Shown here piece by piece: positions 19,692 to 30,668 of a stretch of DNA of 64,000 bases. This stretch comes from an uncultured Nitrospiraceae bacterium. Its GTDB lineage: Bacteria; Nitrospirota; Thermodesulfovibrionia; Thermodesulfovibrionales; Dissulfurispiraceae. A program made the position numbers and the translations under genes. The stretch's first letter is position 1. Every line of letters starts with the position of its first letter. Under the pieces are notes generated by a model, which saw only the letters and a program-made list of their open reading frames with translations, did not search any database and was not told the DNA's origin. Location of the stretch: the NCBI GenBank assembly GCA_947085205.1, contig CAMTVO010000010.1:1-64000 (forward strand), given 5' to 3'.

Positions 19692-19775
19692 TGCCGAAGG
19701 CGGGAGTCGAACCCGCACGGCCTTTCGACCACTAGACCCTGAACCTAGCGCGTCTGCCAGTTCCGCCACTTCGGC
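19692..19775 (-). tRNA. tRNA-Leu(CAG), CCA not encoded
   Basis: GCCGAAG acceptor stem, anticodon loop TT-CAG-GG, long variable arm, GGTTCGAC T-loop. Confidence 0.95.
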
Positions 19776-19856
19776 TGGTTTTATTTTACCACAATTCCCA
19801 TAAATGAGTATTAGATGTGCTACAGCAGTTTTATAATGTGTTAAAATATTCAGGCT

Positions 19857-21536
19857 ATGGAAATACAGACCGCTAATTTTATCCGCAATATAGTTTCTGA
19901 AGATGTAAATGCAGGAAAGAATAATGGGAAGGTTATAACCCGATTCCCTCCTGAGCCAAATGGATACCTCCACATCGGACATGCCAAATCCATTTGCCTC
20001 AATTTTGGTCTGGCTGATGAGTTTGGAGGCATCTGCAACCTCCGCTTTGATGATACCAATCCGAGCAAAGAGGAGCAGGAGTATGTTGATTCTATTATTG
20101 AGGATGTCAGGTGGTTGGGCTTTGACTGGGGAGACAGGCTGTACTATGCGTCTGATTATTTCGAGCAGCTTTATGATTATGCCATAGAACTCATCAAAAT
20201 GGGCAAGGCTTATGTCTGCGATTTGAGCACAGAGGAAATAAGAGAGTACCGCGGCACTTTGACAGCGCCTGGTAAAGAGAGCCCATATCGCAACCGTTCT
20301 GTAGAGGAAAACCTCGATTTGTTCCAGCGAATGCGTAAAGGCGAGTTCGAGGATGGTTCAAGGGTGCTCAGGGCAAAAATAGATATGGCATCGGGCAATA
20401 TCAATATGCGAGACCCTGTGATGTATCGTATAAAACATGAAGCTCACCACAGGACTGGCGGCAAGTGGTGCATATACCCGATGTATGACTGGGCTCATGG
20501 CCTTTCTGATTCCATAGAAGGCATAACTCATTCCATATGTACAATGGAGTATGAGGACCATCGTCCTTTGTACGACTGGTTCCTTGACCACTTGAATATA
20601 TTTCATCCGCAGCAGATAGAATTTGCACGTCTCAATTTAAGCCATACGGTGCTGAGCAAACGTAAACTTCTGAAACTTGTGAATGACAGGTATGTTGCAG
20701 GGTGGAATGACCCGAGAATGCCGACCCTTGCAGGTATGAGGAGGCGCGGTTATACGCCTGATGCAATAAGGAACTTCTGTGAGCGCATAGGAGTTGCCAA
20801 AAAGGAAAGCCTTGTGGATATGGGGCTGCTGGAATTCTGTGTCCGTGAGCATTTGAACAAGATTGCCCCCCGTGTGATGGCTGTGCTGCATCCGCTCAAG
20901 GTGGTCATCATCAACTATCCTGAAGACAAGGTTGAATATCTTGATGCCGTAAATAATCCAGAAGACCCTTCAGCAGGCACAAGGAAAGTTCCGTTTTCAA
21001 AGGTGCTTTATATAGAAAAAGATGATTTCATGGAAGACCCTCCAAAGCAGTTTTTCAGACTCGCTCCTGGGCGTGAAGTCCGTTTAAGATACGCATATTT
21101 TATTAAATGCGAGAATGTTGTTACGGATGAAAACGGCGAAATAGTAGAACTTCACTGCACCTATGATCCTGCTACAAAAGGCGGTGATTCGCCTGACGGA
21201 CGAAAGGTCAAAGCAACATTGCATTGGGTCTCTGTAAAACACGTCATTGAGACAGAAGTGAGGCTTTATGACATGCTTTTTACAAAAAGAGACCCCAATG
21301 ATGTTGCGGAGGACAAAGACTTCACGGATTATATAAATCCAAAATCCATTGAAGTCCTGAAGTCATGCCGCCTTGAACCAAGCCTGAAAGACGCAAAGCC
21401 TGGAGACAGGTTCCAGTTCGAAAGGCTCGGCTATTTCTGCGTTGATACCGTCGATTCCATGCCCGAAAAACCCGTCTTTAACAGAATTGTAACATTAAAG
21501 GACGAATGGGCGAAGATAATGAAGGGGAAGAAATAG
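19857..21536 (+). CDS. glnS: Glutaminyl-tRNA synthetase
   Basis: [45 protein letters not shown]. Confidence 0.96.
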   Translation: MEIQTANFIRNIVSEDVNAGKNNGKVITRFPPEPNGYLHIGHAKSICLNFGLADEFGGICNLRFDDTNPSKEEQEYVDSIIEDVRWLGFDWGDRLYYASDYFEQLYDYAIELIKMGKAYVCDLSTEEIREYRGTLTAPGKESPYRNRSVEENLDLFQRMRKGEFEDGSRVLRAKIDMASGNINMRDPVMYRIKHEAHHRTGGKWCIYPMYDWAHGLSDSIEGITHSICTMEYEDHRPLYDWFLDHLNIFHPQQIEFARLNLSHTVLSKRKLLKLVNDRYVAGWNDPRMPTLAGMRRRGYTPDAIRNFCERIGVAKKESLVDMGLLEFCVREHLNKIAPRVMAVLHPLKVVIINYPEDKVEYLDAVNNPEDPSAGTRKVPFSKVLYIEKDDFMEDPPKQFFRLAPGREVRLRYAYFIKCENVVTDENGEIVELHCTYDPATKGGDSPDGRKVKATLHWVSVKHVIETEVRLYDMLFTKRDPNDVAEDKDFTDYINPKSIEVLKSCRLEPSLKDAKPGDRFQFERLGYFCVDTVDSMPEKPVFNRIVTLKDEWAKIMKGKK

Positions 21537-21541
21537 ATAAC

Positions 21542-21709
21542 CTATTTTAAAGCTGTCGCTTCGTCAATGAGCATTACGGGGATGTCATCTTTTATCGGAT
21601 ACATGAGCTTGCATTTATTGCAAATCAGGCCGCTTTCTTCTTTGTAAATCAAATCCCCTTTGCATTTAGGGCAGGCTAAGATTTCAAGGAGTTCTTTGTT
21701 CAGTGCCAT
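21542..21709 (-). CDS. Trm112/YcaR-family protein (55 aa)
   Basis: My translation [20 protein letters not shown]...[24 protein letters not shown]. Below the ORF-track cutoff. Confidence 0.9.
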   Translation of the reverse strand: MALNKELLEILACPKCKGDLIYKEESGLICNKCKLMYPIKDDIPVMLIDEATALK

Positions 21710-21710
21710 T

Positions 21711-23126
21711 TTATCCCTCCGATATCACCTTCGACAATCTCTTTAATACCTTATCTTTCTCCACAAGCTCCAGAACCTCAAAAAGTCCCGGGCTTGCAAT
21801 TCCTCCTGTTATTGCGACTCTCACGGGCTGGGCGATTGAGCTTAACTTTATTCCGTGTTTCTCGACAAATACATGAAAGAGCTTTTCTATCTCCACTGCT
21901 GTGAAATCTGAAAGTCCTGATAACAGTTCTTTTAATTCCGACAGATGTTTTATATTCTCCGGCTTCAGGAATTTTTCCTTTGCCTTTGGGTCTATCTCTA
22001 CATATTCTGAGATGTAGTATCTCAATGAACATGCAAGCTCTATTAGTGTATGAACCCTCTCTTTAAGGGAATTGACTGCCTTTGAGAGCCATTCCATATC
22101 AAGTTGCTGTCCCTCGGATATTATTCCTTCTTCCACTAAAAATGGGATCACCATTTCTGCAAGATTTTTTGCATCCTCTTTAATAATGTACTGGTTGTTG
22201 AGCCATAAGAGTTTTTCCGGATTAAAGACTGCTGCTGATTTTCCGATATTTTCCAATGAGAAATATTTGATTAATTCCTCTTTTGTGAATACCTCCTGAT
22301 CGCCGTATGACCATCCAAGCCTTACGAGGTAGTTTACAAGGGCATCAGGAAGGTATCCCATATCCTTATATGCTATTACAGATGTAGCGCCGTGCCTTTT
22401 GCTCAACCTCGTCTTGTCAGCGCCTAATATCATTGGAAGATGGCCGAACTGGGGTGGCTCCCACCCGAATGCCTTATAGATATGTATCTGCTTCGGAGTG
22501 TTGTTGAGGTGGTCGTCTCCCCTGATAATATGTGTTATTTTCATGTCTATATCATCTACTACCACAACGAAATTATATGTAGGCGTACTGTTTGAGCGCA
22601 TTATAATGAGGTCTTCAAGTTGGTTGTTATCGAATTCCACAACCCCTTTTATGAGATCATTAACGACTGTCCGGCCTTCCTGCGGCATCTTGAATCTCGC
22701 AGCAGAAGTCCTGTCAGGCATCGGCTCTGTGAGGTTCCTGCACCTGCCGTCGTATTTAGGCTGTTTGCCCTGTGCAAGGGCTTCCTGCCTGCGCTGTTCC
22801 AGTTCCTCCTGAGTGCAATAGCATCTATATGCCTTGCCCTCTTTTAATAGCCTTTCCACATAGCTTCTGTATATATCGAACCTGTCTGTCTGCCTGTAAG
22901 GCCCCTCATCCCAGTCGAGTTTCAGCCACTTCATACTTTCTATGATGGCTTCTATGTATTCCTCTGTTGATCGGGTTGTGTCGGTATCCTCTATTCTGAG
23001 GATGAATGCGCCGCTATTATGGCGTGCAAAAAGCCAGTTAAAAAGGGCAGTTCGGGCGCCTCCTATATGGAGATGTCCTGTCGGGCTTGGCGCAAATCTT
23101 ACGCGTACTCTTTGGGTTTCGCTCAT
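21711..23126 (-). CDS. gltX: Glutamyl-tRNA synthetase
   Basis: [33 protein letters not shown]. Confidence 0.97.
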   Translation of the reverse strand: MSETQRVRVRFAPSPTGHLHIGGARTALFNWLFARHNSGAFILRIEDTDTTRSTEEYIEAIIESMKWLKLDWDEGPYRQTDRFDIYRSYVERLLKEGKAYRCYCTQEELEQRRQEALAQGKQPKYDGRCRNLTEPMPDRTSAARFKMPQEGRTVVNDLIKGVVEFDNNQLEDLIIMRSNSTPTYNFVVVVDDIDMKITHIIRGDDHLNNTPKQIHIYKAFGWEPPQFGHLPMILGADKTRLSKRHGATSVIAYKDMGYLPDALVNYLVRLGWSYGDQEVFTKEELIKYFSLENIGKSAAVFNPEKLLWLNNQYIIKEDAKNLAEMVIPFLVEEGIISEGQQLDMEWLSKAVNSLKERVHTLIELACSLRYYISEYVEIDPKAKEKFLKPENIKHLSELKELLSGLSDFTAVEIEKLFHVFVEKHGIKLSSIAQPVRVAITGGIASPGLFEVLELVEKDKVLKRLSKVISEG

Positions 23127-23250
23127 AGGGTCTACATTATAACACAGCTAACCGTTAGCCTACTATATCTAATCGAAAAAGGTATGGGAAAAGGAATATC
23201 GGTGTTAACCCCTTGACTTTTGTATTCGTCATTTAGATAAAATATACTAT

Positions 23251-23464
23251 TCAGGCGCCGAAAGGCTTAATAGGGAATCCTGTGAGGGTGTATTGCCCGA
23301 TTCAGGAGCGGTCCCGCCGCTGTAACCGGGGACGAAAGCCATCTTAGCCACTGCCCGATTTGAACCGTTTGAACGATTCAAACGGTTTGAACAGTTTAAA
23401 CGGGTGGGAAGGCCGGCGAGTAGGCCAAAGCATCAGAATACCCGGGAGCCAGAAGACCTGCCTG
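23251..23464 (+). ncRNA. Cobalamin riboswitch
   Basis: AATAGGGAATCC, GCGGTCCCGCCGCTGTAA, GCCACTG, TGGGAAGG and B12 box GAGCCAGAAGACCTGCC, upstream of cobU. Confidence 0.92.
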
Positions 23465-23592
23465 TGAACGAATAGTGATAGTGTTTAGTGTCAGTGTCAG
23501 ATTTTTTCAATAAACTGACACTAACAACTGACACTGACACTGAAAAGTCTTCCCGTGGAGGAAGAAGGTGAGGATGAAGTGAAACAGGGTGC

Positions 23593-23630
23593 AATCCTCA
23601 TGGCATCATGCCATGAGGATTTTTTGTTTT
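23593..23630 (+). terminator. Intrinsic terminator of the riboswitch expression platform
   Basis: AATCCTCATGGC-ATCAT-GCCATGAGGATT followed by a T-run, just before the cobU SD. Confidence 0.75.
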
Positions 23631-23640
23631 GAGGAGTTTC

Positions 23641-24210
23641 GTGATAACTTTTATCATAGGCGGAGCAAGAAGCGGCAAGAGCAGGTTTGCCTTAAATCTT
23701 GCGGACAATTTTGTGTCCTCTAAAGAGGTGGCTCGTGGGGAAGACAAAGTCTTCCCCACGCTCAAGAAGGCGTATATAGCCACCGCCCAAGCGCTGGATG
23801 AAGAGATGAAGGAAAGAATCCAAAAACACAAAAAGGAACGATCCGGATATTGGGCGACATACGAAGAGCCGATTAATATCTCCTCACTTATAAAAGATAT
23901 TCATAAAAGCCATAATGTAGTTCTCATTGATTGCCTGACATTGTGGTTGTCTAACCTTATGATTTCTAATTCAAATTCAAACATTGAACGAGAAATTAAA
24001 CATCTTATTGATATATTAAAAAACCCCGAACTCCAAACTCCAAACTCCGAACTCTTTATTGTCTCCAATGAGGTGGGGCTTGGAATCGTTCCTGACAATG
24101 CATTATCAAGGAAATTCAGGGATATGGCGGGCTATTTAAACCGGAAAGTCGCAGAGATTGCGGCTGAGGTATATTTTGTAACAGCAGGAATACCGTTGAA
24201 GATAAAATAG
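23641..24210 (+). CDS. cobU: Adenosylcobinamide kinase/phosphate guanylyltransferase
   Basis: [40 protein letters not shown] start after GAGGAG. Confidence 0.95.
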   Translation: MITFIIGGARSGKSRFALNLADNFVSSKEVARGEDKVFPTLKKAYIATAQALDEEMKERIQKHKKERSGYWATYEEPINISSLIKDIHKSHNVVLIDCLTLWLSNLMISNSNSNIEREIKHLIDILKNPELQTPNSELFIVSNEVGLGIVPDNALSRKFRDMAGYLNRKVAEIAAEVYFVTAGIPLKIK

Positions 24211-24218
24211 GAGGACGG

Positions 24219-25274
24219 ATGGATTTGCTAAGTAATATATTGAAAAAAATAAAACCTGTAAACGATGAATGGTTTGCCATCGCCCAAAAACATCTCGACA
24301 ATCTCACAAAACCCCCCGGAAGCCTCGGAAGGCTTGAGGAGTTTGCAAGAAGGCTCGTTGCCATAACAGAAAACAAAAGCCCTGTTCTTGACAAGAAAGT
24401 AATATTTACATTCGCCGGAGACCACGGCATTACTTCAGAAGGAGTATCCGCCTATCCGAAAGAGGTCACTCAGCAGATGGTTTTTAATTTCTTGAGGGGT
24501 GGCGCAGGTATAAATGTACTCGCACGACATGCCGGCTCGGAGGTTGTTGTAGTGGATATCGGCGTTGATGCCGACTTTGGAGAACTCGACGGTCTGGTGA
24601 AAATGAAGGTAATAAGGGGGTCTAAGAACTTTGCAAAAGGCCCTGCAATGACAAGGGTTGAGGCTGTCGGATGCATCGAAGTCGGAATAGATCTGGCAAA
24701 CGGATATGCAAAAAAAGGCTTCAAGATATTCGGCACAGGAGAGATGGGAATAGGCAATACCACGCCTTCGAGCGCTATTGCATCCGCGCTTACAGATAGA
24801 CCTGTCTCGGAAGTAACAGGCAAAGGCACAGGCATAACAGAGGAGTCGTTAAAGAGAAAGATTAAGATAATCGAAAACAGTATAAAGCTAAATAAGCCGA
24901 ATCCTAAAGATGCAATAGATGTGCTTTCAAACGTAGGCGGAGCGGAAATCGGGGGTATAGCTGGACTTATATTGGGCGCGGCAGCGAACAGAATCCCTGT
25001 TGTCATCGACGGGTTCATCTCCACCGCAGGCGCTCTCGTCGCTTATTGCATTGAGCCTAAAACGAAAGATTATATGTTTGCCGCTCATAACTCTGTCGAG
25101 ATAGGGCATAAGGCAATGCTCGATAAGATTGGATTACGACCCATTTTAGATCTCGATTTAAGGCTTGGCGAAGGAACAGGAGCAGCATTGGCAATGCTCA
25201 TAATAGAGGCAGGGTTGAAGATATACAAGGAGATGGCGACCTTCGGCGAGGCTGGGGTATCAGAAAAAGTTTAG
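24219..25274 (+). CDS. cobT: Nicotinate-nucleotide--dimethylbenzimidazole phosphoribosyltransferase
   Basis: [35 protein letters not shown]. Confidence 0.97.
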   Translation: MDLLSNILKKIKPVNDEWFAIAQKHLDNLTKPPGSLGRLEEFARRLVAITENKSPVLDKKVIFTFAGDHGITSEGVSAYPKEVTQQMVFNFLRGGAGINVLARHAGSEVVVVDIGVDADFGELDGLVKMKVIRGSKNFAKGPAMTRVEAVGCIEVGIDLANGYAKKGFKIFGTGEMGIGNTTPSSAIASALTDRPVSEVTGKGTGITEESLKRKIKIIENSIKLNKPNPKDAIDVLSNVGGAEIGGIAGLILGAAANRIPVVIDGFISTAGALVAYCIEPKTKDYMFAAHNSVEIGHKAMLDKIGLRPILDLDLRLGEGTGAALAMLIIEAGLKIYKEMATFGEAGVSEKV

Positions 25275-25294
25275 AGTTATGAGTTAAGAGTTAA

Positions 25295-26116
25295 ATGATA
25301 AAATATATTTTGCTTGCATTTCAGTTTTTAACGATAATACCGGTCAAAACGGCCAAAACCGTTAATAAACCCGTTAATGAAGATGATATTGCGAAAAGCG
25401 CCTCTTTCTTTGTTTTAGTAGGGCTTATACAAGGAATATCGCTTGCGGTAATAGAGTATATGTCAGGCATGGTATTTCATCCCGACCTTATTCCTGCAAT
25501 AGTCATTTTTGCATACGTCTTATCCAACGGAGGATTTCATCTCGATGGTCTTGCAGATACCTTTGATGCTGTCGCAGCAAAAACAAAAGGCAATGCAGAC
25601 AGTGACAGGCAAAAACGGCTTTCGATAATGAAAGATAGTTCAATAGGGCCTATAGGCGTAACAGCAATAGTCTTTGCTCTGTCCTTTAAATATCTGCTTC
25701 TTAAAAATCTGTCTCATTTCACACCCTTCACTTATTACTCATCTATTATCGTGCTGCCGATACTGTCCAAATGGACAATGGTTATATCCATGTTTCACGG
25801 CAAGGCAGCAAGAGAAGACGGTCTTGGGAAGATGTTTCTCAGCAGAATAAGCTCAAGAGAGGTCGTCATTTCCACACTGACACTTTTTGTATTGCTCTCG
25901 ATGCTGCTGTTATTTTTCAGCCGCTTTGCGCCTGATTTTCAATATCTCTTTTACGCGGCTTTGATAGCAGCGATGTATATCCTCTGCCGTTTGTTTATTA
26001 ATTTCTTCAACAAAAAATTCGGCGGTCTCACAGGCGATACGCTCGGCGCTGTGAGCGAACTTACAGAAATAGCCTTTTTATTACTGGTTATAGTATGGTT
26101 ACGACTCTCTATTTAA
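25295..26116 (+). CDS. cobS: Cobamide synthase (adenosylcobinamide-GDP ribazoletransferase)
   Basis: FQFLT.IP, GFHLDGLADTFD, IMKDS, FGGLTGDTLGA; polytopic membrane protein. Confidence 0.95.
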   Translation: MIKYILLAFQFLTIIPVKTAKTVNKPVNEDDIAKSASFFVLVGLIQGISLAVIEYMSGMVFHPDLIPAIVIFAYVLSNGGFHLDGLADTFDAVAAKTKGNADSDRQKRLSIMKDSSIGPIGVTAIVFALSFKYLLLKNLSHFTPFTYYSSIIVLPILSKWTMVISMFHGKAAREDGLGKMFLSRISSREVVISTLTLFVLLSMLLLFFSRFAPDFQYLFYAALIAAMYILCRLFINFFNKKFGGLTGDTLGAVSELTEIAFLLLVIVWLRLSI

Positions 26117-26838
26117 TAAGGCACGGCGAAACCGAAGGTAGCGAGACTAAGCGCTACAAAGGAAGCATAGACGTACCTTTGTCCGAAAAAGGGATTGAGC
26201 AGATAAAAAAGACCTCTGTTTTCATTAGTGCAGAAGCACAGAAGCGCAGAAGAGGCAATGTAGGGGCAGTTTACTGCTCACCGTTGAGCAGGGCATTAAA
26301 GAGTGCGGAGATAATCGCAGAACCGCACGGTCTAAAGCCGGTCGTAATAAATGATTTGAGGGAAAGGAATTTCGGCATATGGGAAGGCATGTCGTTCGCA
26401 GAGATTAAAGAAAAATATCCGCAGGAATTCGAGGAATGGGCACAAAATCCGCTTAAATACAGTCCGATAAAAGGAGAAAGCACCATTGTTGTGAAGGACA
26501 GAGTCATAAGGGTTTTAGATGAAATAATAGAAAGGCATAATCCCCCTCACCCTAACCCCATCTCTTCCCCAAAAAGTCTTCGACTTTTCGGAGACCCCTT
26601 TCTCTCGCAAGGGGAGAGGGGAACTGAAAATATATCAATAGTTGCGCACGGCGGAGTAAACAGGATAATACTCTGCCATATCATGGGTATACCTTTAGAA
26701 AATATCTTTAGAATCGAGCAGGATTTTGCAGCGGTGAATATCATAGAATTCTGGGAGAAATATCCGGTTGTAAAACTTTTAAACGGGACAAGCACTCACG
26801 AGCTTTCGGCTCACAAGGGGCATAAAAAATTCAAATAA
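26095..26838 (+). CDS. cobC: Alpha-ribazole phosphatase (histidine phosphatase)
   Basis: LIRHGET, SPLSRA, ERNFGIWEG, VAHGGVNR; cob operon context. Confidence 0.88.
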   Translation: MVTTLYLIRHGETEGSETKRYKGSIDVPLSEKGIEQIKKTSVFISAEAQKRRRGNVGAVYCSPLSRALKSAEIIAEPHGLKPVVINDLRERNFGIWEGMSFAEIKEKYPQEFEEWAQNPLKYSPIKGESTIVVKDRVIRVLDEIIERHNPPHPNPISSPKSLRLFGDPFLSQGERGTENISIVAHGGVNRIILCHIMGIPLENIFRIEQDFAAVNIIEFWEKYPVVKLLNGTSTHELSAHKGHKKFK

Positions 26839-26840
26839 TT

Positions 26841-26943
26841 GTCATTCCGCACTTGCCTGCCCTCGAAGTCCTTAATCGGGGGATGCGGAATTCAGAGAAA
26901 AGACGGAAGAATGGATTCCCGCTTACCGACTGCGGGAATGACG
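26841..26943. repeat. GTCATTCC...GGAATGAC palindromic repeat
   Basis: GTCATTCCGCA...TGCGGAAT and TGGATTCCCGC...GCGGGAATGAC paired hairpins between cobC and cobQ. Confidence 0.7.
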
Positions 26944-26965
26944 AAAAAGAGGCATATTAGGGATA

Positions 26966-28519
26966 ATGGCTAAATCATTGATGATACAAGGAACAGGGTC
27001 AGGCGCGGGCAAAAGCCTGATTGTTGCTGCACTGTGCAGGATTTTCAGGGATATGGGCATAAATGTAGCGCCTTTCAAGGCTCAGAACATGGCGCTGAAT
27101 TCTTACATAACTCCAGACGGCGGAGAGATAGGAAGGGCGCAGGCATTGCAGGCAGAGGCAGCAAAGATAGAACCTACAGTGGACATGAATCCGGTATTGC
27201 TCAAGGCATCGGGAGAGATGGGTTCGCAGGTGATTATCCACGGCAGAGTTCACTCTACCATGAAAGCAAGAGAGTATTATTCCTTTAAAAAAGAGGCATG
27301 GGAAGCTGTAAGGGCTTCTTACGACAGGCTTTCAGAAAATCATGAACTCATAATCATGGAAGGAGCCGGAAGTCCTGCTGAGATAAACCTGATGGATGTC
27401 GATATCGTAAACATGGCTGCTGCAAGATATGCAAAGGCGCCTGTAATCTTGGTCGGAGATATAGATAAAGGGGGTGTATTTGCGTCTCTTTACGGAACCG
27501 TTAAGCTCCTCGGAAAAGAGAGCAGGCACATCAAGGCATTTGTAATTAATAAATTCCGCGGCGACTTGGAGATACTCAGATCAGGACTTGAGATGATAAA
27601 GGACAAAACAGGAAAACCCGTAATAGGAGTGCTGCCCTATATAAAAGATATAGGCTTGCCTGAAGAAGATGGACTTGTCTTATGTCACGGTTCACGGTTC
27701 ACGGTTCACGGTTCACGGGGAATTAAGATTGTTGTAGTGAAGCTGAAGTATATATCTAACTTCACTGATTTTGACCCGTTCTTATGCGAGCCTGATGTGG
27801 AACTCATATATTCCCGCAATACGGCAGATATAGAAAATGCAGATATGGTAATCGTCCCGGGCTCGAAGAATACAATAAAAGATCTGCTGTTCCTAAAAGA
27901 AAACCATCTTGATGAAAGCATTAAAAAGGCATATGCAAAAGGTATAAATATTATAGGCATGTGCGGAGGATACCAGATGCTCGGCAAAAAGATATACGAC
28001 CCGCACTGTGTAGAAAGCTTACATAAAGAAATCGACGGCATCGGACTGCTGAACATAGAGACCGCATTCGAGAAAACAAAGGTAACATCACAAGTAGAAG
28101 CGGAACTGGTTGATGGCTCATGGCTCATGGCTCATGGCAATAAAAACTATCAGCTATCAGCTATCTGCTATCAGCCGCTAAGAGGCTATGAGATTCATAT
28201 GGGACAAAGCACAGGCGATATAGGACTTTTTAAAATAAAAAGAATTTCATCCGGCTCGGAACTCTCAATTCTAAACTCTAAACTCGTTTATGACGGTTCT
28301 AAAAACGGTAACTGTTGGGGGACTTACATGCATGGGATTTTTGAGAATGATTCATTCAGGAGAGGAATCATCAACAGACTGAGGAAACAGAAAGGATTAC
28401 CACCCATCGACCCATCAATCGTATATTCCGAGATTAAAGACAATGCTATCGATAACCTCGCAGATGCCGTAAGAGAAAATATAGATATGGATTTCATAAA
28501 GAGGATTGCAAAGATATGA
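26966..28519 (+). CDS. cobQ: Cobyric acid synthase (CobQ/CbiP)
   Basis: QGTGSGAGKS, PFKAQNMALNS, EGAGSPAEINL, SNFTDFDP, GMCGGYQMLG, GTYMHG. Confidence 0.96.
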   Translation: MAKSLMIQGTGSGAGKSLIVAALCRIFRDMGINVAPFKAQNMALNSYITPDGGEIGRAQALQAEAAKIEPTVDMNPVLLKASGEMGSQVIIHGRVHSTMKAREYYSFKKEAWEAVRASYDRLSENHELIIMEGAGSPAEINLMDVDIVNMAAARYAKAPVILVGDIDKGGVFASLYGTVKLLGKESRHIKAFVINKFRGDLEILRSGLEMIKDKTGKPVIGVLPYIKDIGLPEEDGLVLCHGSRFTVHGSRGIKIVVVKLKYISNFTDFDPFLCEPDVELIYSRNTADIENADMVIVPGSKNTIKDLLFLKENHLDESIKKAYAKGINIIGMCGGYQMLGKKIYDPHCVESLHKEIDGIGLLNIETAFEKTKVTSQVEAELVDGSWLMAHGNKNYQLSAICYQPLRGYEIHMGQSTGDIGLFKIKRISSGSELSILNSKLVYDGSKNGNCWGTYMHGIFENDSFRRGIINRLRKQKGLPPIDPSIVYSEIKDNAIDNLADAVRENIDMDFIKRIAKI

Positions 28520-29559
28520 CGGACTTTATTAATACTTCACCGTTTATTCTTCATCCTTTAATCCTTGTTGCAGCACTTCTGCTTGACTTCGCCATAGGAG
28601 ACCCGAGATGGCTGCCTCATCCTGTGAGGATTATCGGAGGCGCGATAAGTAGGATAGAAAAATTTTTTAGGATATATTTTAAGACGCCTTTTCAGGAAAA
28701 ATTCGGCGGCATTTTTCTTGCTGTAATAATCGCTGTTCCCGTGTTCGGGATTGTAGTTATTATACAAAAGGCATTCTTGTCAATTGCGGTATCCTCTTAT
28801 ATCTCCACCGCTCCATTACTCCAATACTCCATGAATATCTTCGTAGTGATTTTCCTTGTATATCTCACATCAACCACAATCGCTGTAAAAGAATTAGTCA
28901 ATTCTGCAAGACTTGTAATAGAAGCCGTAAAAGATAAAGACCTCGACTCCGCAAGGAAAAATCTCGGAATGATTGTCGGACGCGATACGAAAAACCTATC
29001 AGAGAAAGGGATATTGAAGGCAACCATAGAAACCTTGGCGGAAAATCTCTCGGACGGAATCATAGCGCCGTTATTTTATCTTGCCATAGGCGGACTTCCG
29101 CTTGCCGTAACATATAAGGCGATAAACACTCTCGATTCAATGGTAGGCTACAAAAACGAAAGATACAAAAACTTCGGGTGGGCATCGGCGCGGCTTGACG
29201 ACATCGCCAATTATATCCCTGCAAGAATAACAGGTATCATTATTGTTGTAGTATCGTTCTTTGTTTCCCATTCACTGTCTACTATTCACTGTTCACTATT
29301 CACTATGTTACGCGACGGTAAAAAACATACAAGCCCGAATGCAGGTATTCCAGAAGCGGCAATGGCAGGAGCGCTCGGCGTCATGCTCGGAGGCCCTTCG
29401 ACGTATGGAGACGTTATTGTAGAGAAACCTCATATTGGAAAAAATATCGAAAAAGACTATCTAAAGGCATCAGAAAATACGACATTGATTGTAAAAATTG
29501 CCTCATTTCTCAGTATCGGAATTGCTGCAATCATTTTATACATAAGGGGACTTCCATGA
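28516..29559 (+). CDS. cbiB: Adenosylcobinamide-phosphate synthase
   Basis: GDPRWLPHPV, IVGRDT, AENLSDG, YKAINTLDSMVGY, SPNAG.PEAAMAG. Confidence 0.95.
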   Translation: MTDFINTSPFILHPLILVAALLLDFAIGDPRWLPHPVRIIGGAISRIEKFFRIYFKTPFQEKFGGIFLAVIIAVPVFGIVVIIQKAFLSIAVSSYISTAPLLQYSMNIFVVIFLVYLTSTTIAVKELVNSARLVIEAVKDKDLDSARKNLGMIVGRDTKNLSEKGILKATIETLAENLSDGIIAPLFYLAIGGLPLAVTYKAINTLDSMVGYKNERYKNFGWASARLDDIANYIPARITGIIIVVVSFFVSHSLSTIHCSLFTMLRDGKKHTSPNAGIPEAAMAGALGVMLGGPSTYGDVIVEKPHIGKNIEKDYLKASENTTLIVKIASFLSIGIAAIILYIRGLP

Positions 29560-30668
29560 AATATTTAGAGCCTCACGGCGGCAACATATATAGGACAGCA
29601 GAAAGATTGGGAATAGCTGAAAACAACATAATAGACTTCAGCGCATCCATAAATCCCCTCGGAGTTCCTAAAAGCGTTGAGTCAGCCATAAAAAACGATA
29701 GCAGATATCTTTATAATTATCCAGACCCTGATGCAACACAACTCAGACTACAGATTGCAAAATACCATAATATCAAGCCTGAATCCATCATATGTGGCAA
29801 CGGTAGCACGGAATTGATATATCTTGTTGCAAAAGCTTTAAGACCAAAGAGGACTTTAATGCCTGCGCCCACATTTTCTGAATACGAAAGGGCGTGCAGA
29901 ATGAGTTATGAGGTAAGAGTTATGAGTTATAAGTTAAAAAAAGAAAACAATTTTGATATAAATCCTGATGAATTTATATCGGCTATAAACCGGAATCTAC
30001 CCCCCCACCCCCCCCTTATTAAGGGGGGGAGTAGGGGGGGTAATATGGCTTTTCTCTGCAATCCAAACAATCCTACAGGCAGGCTACTCAAAAAGGAAGA
30101 CGTGCTGAAAATCGCAAATGCTGCAAAACGGCTTAAATGCTACCTGATAGTTGATGAGGCATTCATAGACTTCCTGCCTGAACATTCTGTAATGAAAGAA
30201 GTTAAAAACAATCCGTATCTTATTGTGCTGCGCTCTATGACAAAATTCTATGCACTGTCCGGGCTTAGACTCGGCTATGGAATATTCCCATTAAAAATTA
30301 TAAGAACTCTTCAGGAACAGAAAGAACCATGGACAGTAAATACCCTTGCGCAAAAAGCAGGCTTGGCTGCACTCAATGACGCTGCTTATAGGAATAAAAC
30401 TTTCAAACTTATCCCTAAAGAGAAAAAATTTATGGAAGAAGGATTCAAAAAGCTGCGCATAGATTATATCCCTTCATCTGCCAATTATTACCTGATAAGA
30501 TTAGACAATGCGGGTAGGAAAATAACTTCACTCCGCAAAAAAGGTATTCTGGTGAGGGATTGTTCGAATTTTGAAGGACTTGATGGCTCTTATATCAGGG
30601 TTGCGGTTAAGAGTCGCAAAGATAATGCAAGGCTGCTCAAGGAGATATCTCAATGCCTAAAGGCTTAG
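29556..30668 (+). CDS. cobD: Threonine-phosphate decarboxylase
   Basis: HGGN, DFSASINPLG, CNPNNPTG, DEAFIDF, RSMTKFYALSGLRLGY. Confidence 0.93.
   Translation: MKYLEPHGGNIYRTAERLGIAENNIIDFSASINPLGVPKSVESAIKNDSRYLYNYPDPDATQLRLQIAKYHNIKPESIICGNGSTELIYLVAKALRPKRTLMPAPTFSEYERACRMSYEVRVMSYKLKKENNFDINPDEFISAINRNLPPHPPLIKGGSRGGNMAFLCNPNNPTGRLLKKEDVLKIANAAKRLKCYLIVDEAFIDFLPEHSVMKEVKNNPYLIVLRSMTKFYALSGLRLGYGIFPLKIIRTLQEQKEPWTVNTLAQKAGLAALNDAAYRNKTFKLIPKEKKFMEEGFKKLRIDYIPSSANYYLIRLDNAGRKITSLRKKGILVRDCSNFEGLDGSYIRVAVKSRKDNARLLKEISQCLKA

Noticed and set aside
19857..23126. Convergent glnS and gltX as a novel system
   Set aside because: Both look like ordinary enzymes; adjacency alone is not informative.
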